Both the position numbers and the translations under genes were made by a program. Of a stretch of 64,000 nt of DNA, positions 63,059 through 64,000 are shown piece by piece. The notes under the pieces were generated by a model. The model did not search any database and was not told the origin of the DNA. It worked only from the letters and a program-made list of their open reading frames with translations. Each line of letters begins with the position of its first letter. The stretch's first letter is position 1. The stretch is from Protoeuglena noctilucae (lineage: Eukaryota), in NCBI GenBank assembly GCA_958009085.1, contig OY253689.1, forward strand, positions 372,001-436,000. The letters run 5' to 3'.

Positions 63059-64000
63059 TCACATCCACTCCCTCATGTGCTGGAACACCCTCGCCAGGTT
63101 CTTGAGGTTGCCTAAGATGTGGCTGTGCTCTAACTCGGCATCTGGGGGAGAGGGAGGGGCACACAGCAGGTGACACGCCTTCATCGCACACTCTCCCCCC
63201 ACCTCACACACAACGTCGCGCCAAGCCCACTCTCTCTAACCACACGCGCACATCCAGTATCATACCAAACACACACACACACACACTCTCCCTCCCCATC
63301 TCTCACCGTATATGCACGTGATGTGCTTCCCATACTCCTCCATTTGCTTGCGGATGGCCTGGTGTGGCAGCAGCACGTCACGACCACCCACAAACACCAC
63401 CGCACCCTCGGGGATGTCCTGGGGGGGGGGGAGATTGGATATGAAAATTCAAATAATATATCTATGCATTTAAACATGGACTTGGTATGCGATGACACTG
63501 AAAAAGAACAGGCATCAGCACACACGCCCCGGCCCACACCCACACCCGCACCCGCACCCGCACCCACTCATCCACTCTTACCTCCGGCCACAGGTTGAGG
63601 GCGTGCCAGTAGAACTTGCGGCACATGGTGGCGGCCAGGCAGGGGTCTCTCCTGCCGATCAGCCTCACGCTGTCCTTTAACAGCGACATGAGTGACTCGG
63701 AGTGGGGGCGCTCGTAGATGAACGCGAACTGGGGGAGGTGGATAGCGATAGATATCAACAGTCGATTGATAAGTGATGCTGTCTATCCCAACCACATTCA
63801 CATTGCAATCACCCTCATGTCCCCCTCACCAGCAGCTGCGGTGCCGCCAGCATCAGGCACGCCGGGTCGAGCATCACGACGTTGTGCACCGCGGATGGGA
63901 ACCGCTTGACGATGCGGGCGAGCACGAACGTGCCGTAGGAGTGGGCCACGAAGACGGCACGGGAGAAACCCTTGCGCTTCAAGTCCCAGACTGGGGATGG
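63059..64000 (-). CDS. Alpha/beta-hydrolase fold protein, 3' part only
   Basis: Nucleophile elbow VFVAHSYGTFV, VMLDPAC, FYWHALNLWPE|DIP..GGRDVLLP, and a C-terminal HSHIL before TGA. Confidence 0.8.

Noticed and set aside
1..64000. Non-standard genetic code (TAA/TAG = Gln) or selenocysteine
   Set aside because: TAA, TAG and TGA all occur at expected C-termini (AAC, CAX, P450 copy 2, MLH1), and no in-frame stops were seen in conserved exons.
1..64000. Autonomous transposon or viral insertion
   Set aside because: No transposase, reverse transcriptase, integrase or capsid motifs were found.

Overview
This window is GC-rich, intron-dense eukaryotic nuclear DNA, most likely from a chlorophyte green alga (inferred from TGTAA poly(A)-type signals, organelle-targeted EngA and PDF, an ACL5-like gene and an ARL3-like gene). 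The standard genetic code fits. I spliced about 19 genes by hand: a PfkB kinase, PP2C, an orphan, an ADP/ATP carrier, a small membrane protein, a synaptotagmin-like SMP-C2 protein, CAX, D-2-hydroxyglutarate dehydrogenase, EngA/Der, two paralogous cytochrome P450s flanking a saccharopine-dehydrogenase-like reductase, CLASP, an ARL3-like first exon cut by a 200-N gap, thermospermine synthase, an LRR protein, peptide deformylase, MLH1 and a partial alpha/beta hydrolase. There is also a tRNA-Arg(UCG) and a degenerate tRNA-Pro-like copy. The most unusual signals are non-coding. (1) A ~316-nt intronic fold-back with a strong sense-strand G:U bias is a pre-miRNA candidate. (2) More than 20 'splice-site echoes' copy exon ends and their splice site into the adjacent intron, often differing at synonymous positions. 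(3) Introns are polarised, with G-rich 5' and C-rich 3' halves. (4) GC-AG introns are unusually frequent. (5) A repeat is shared by the 3' ends of two convergent genes around the tRNAs. Exon boundaries are manual and have no transcript support.
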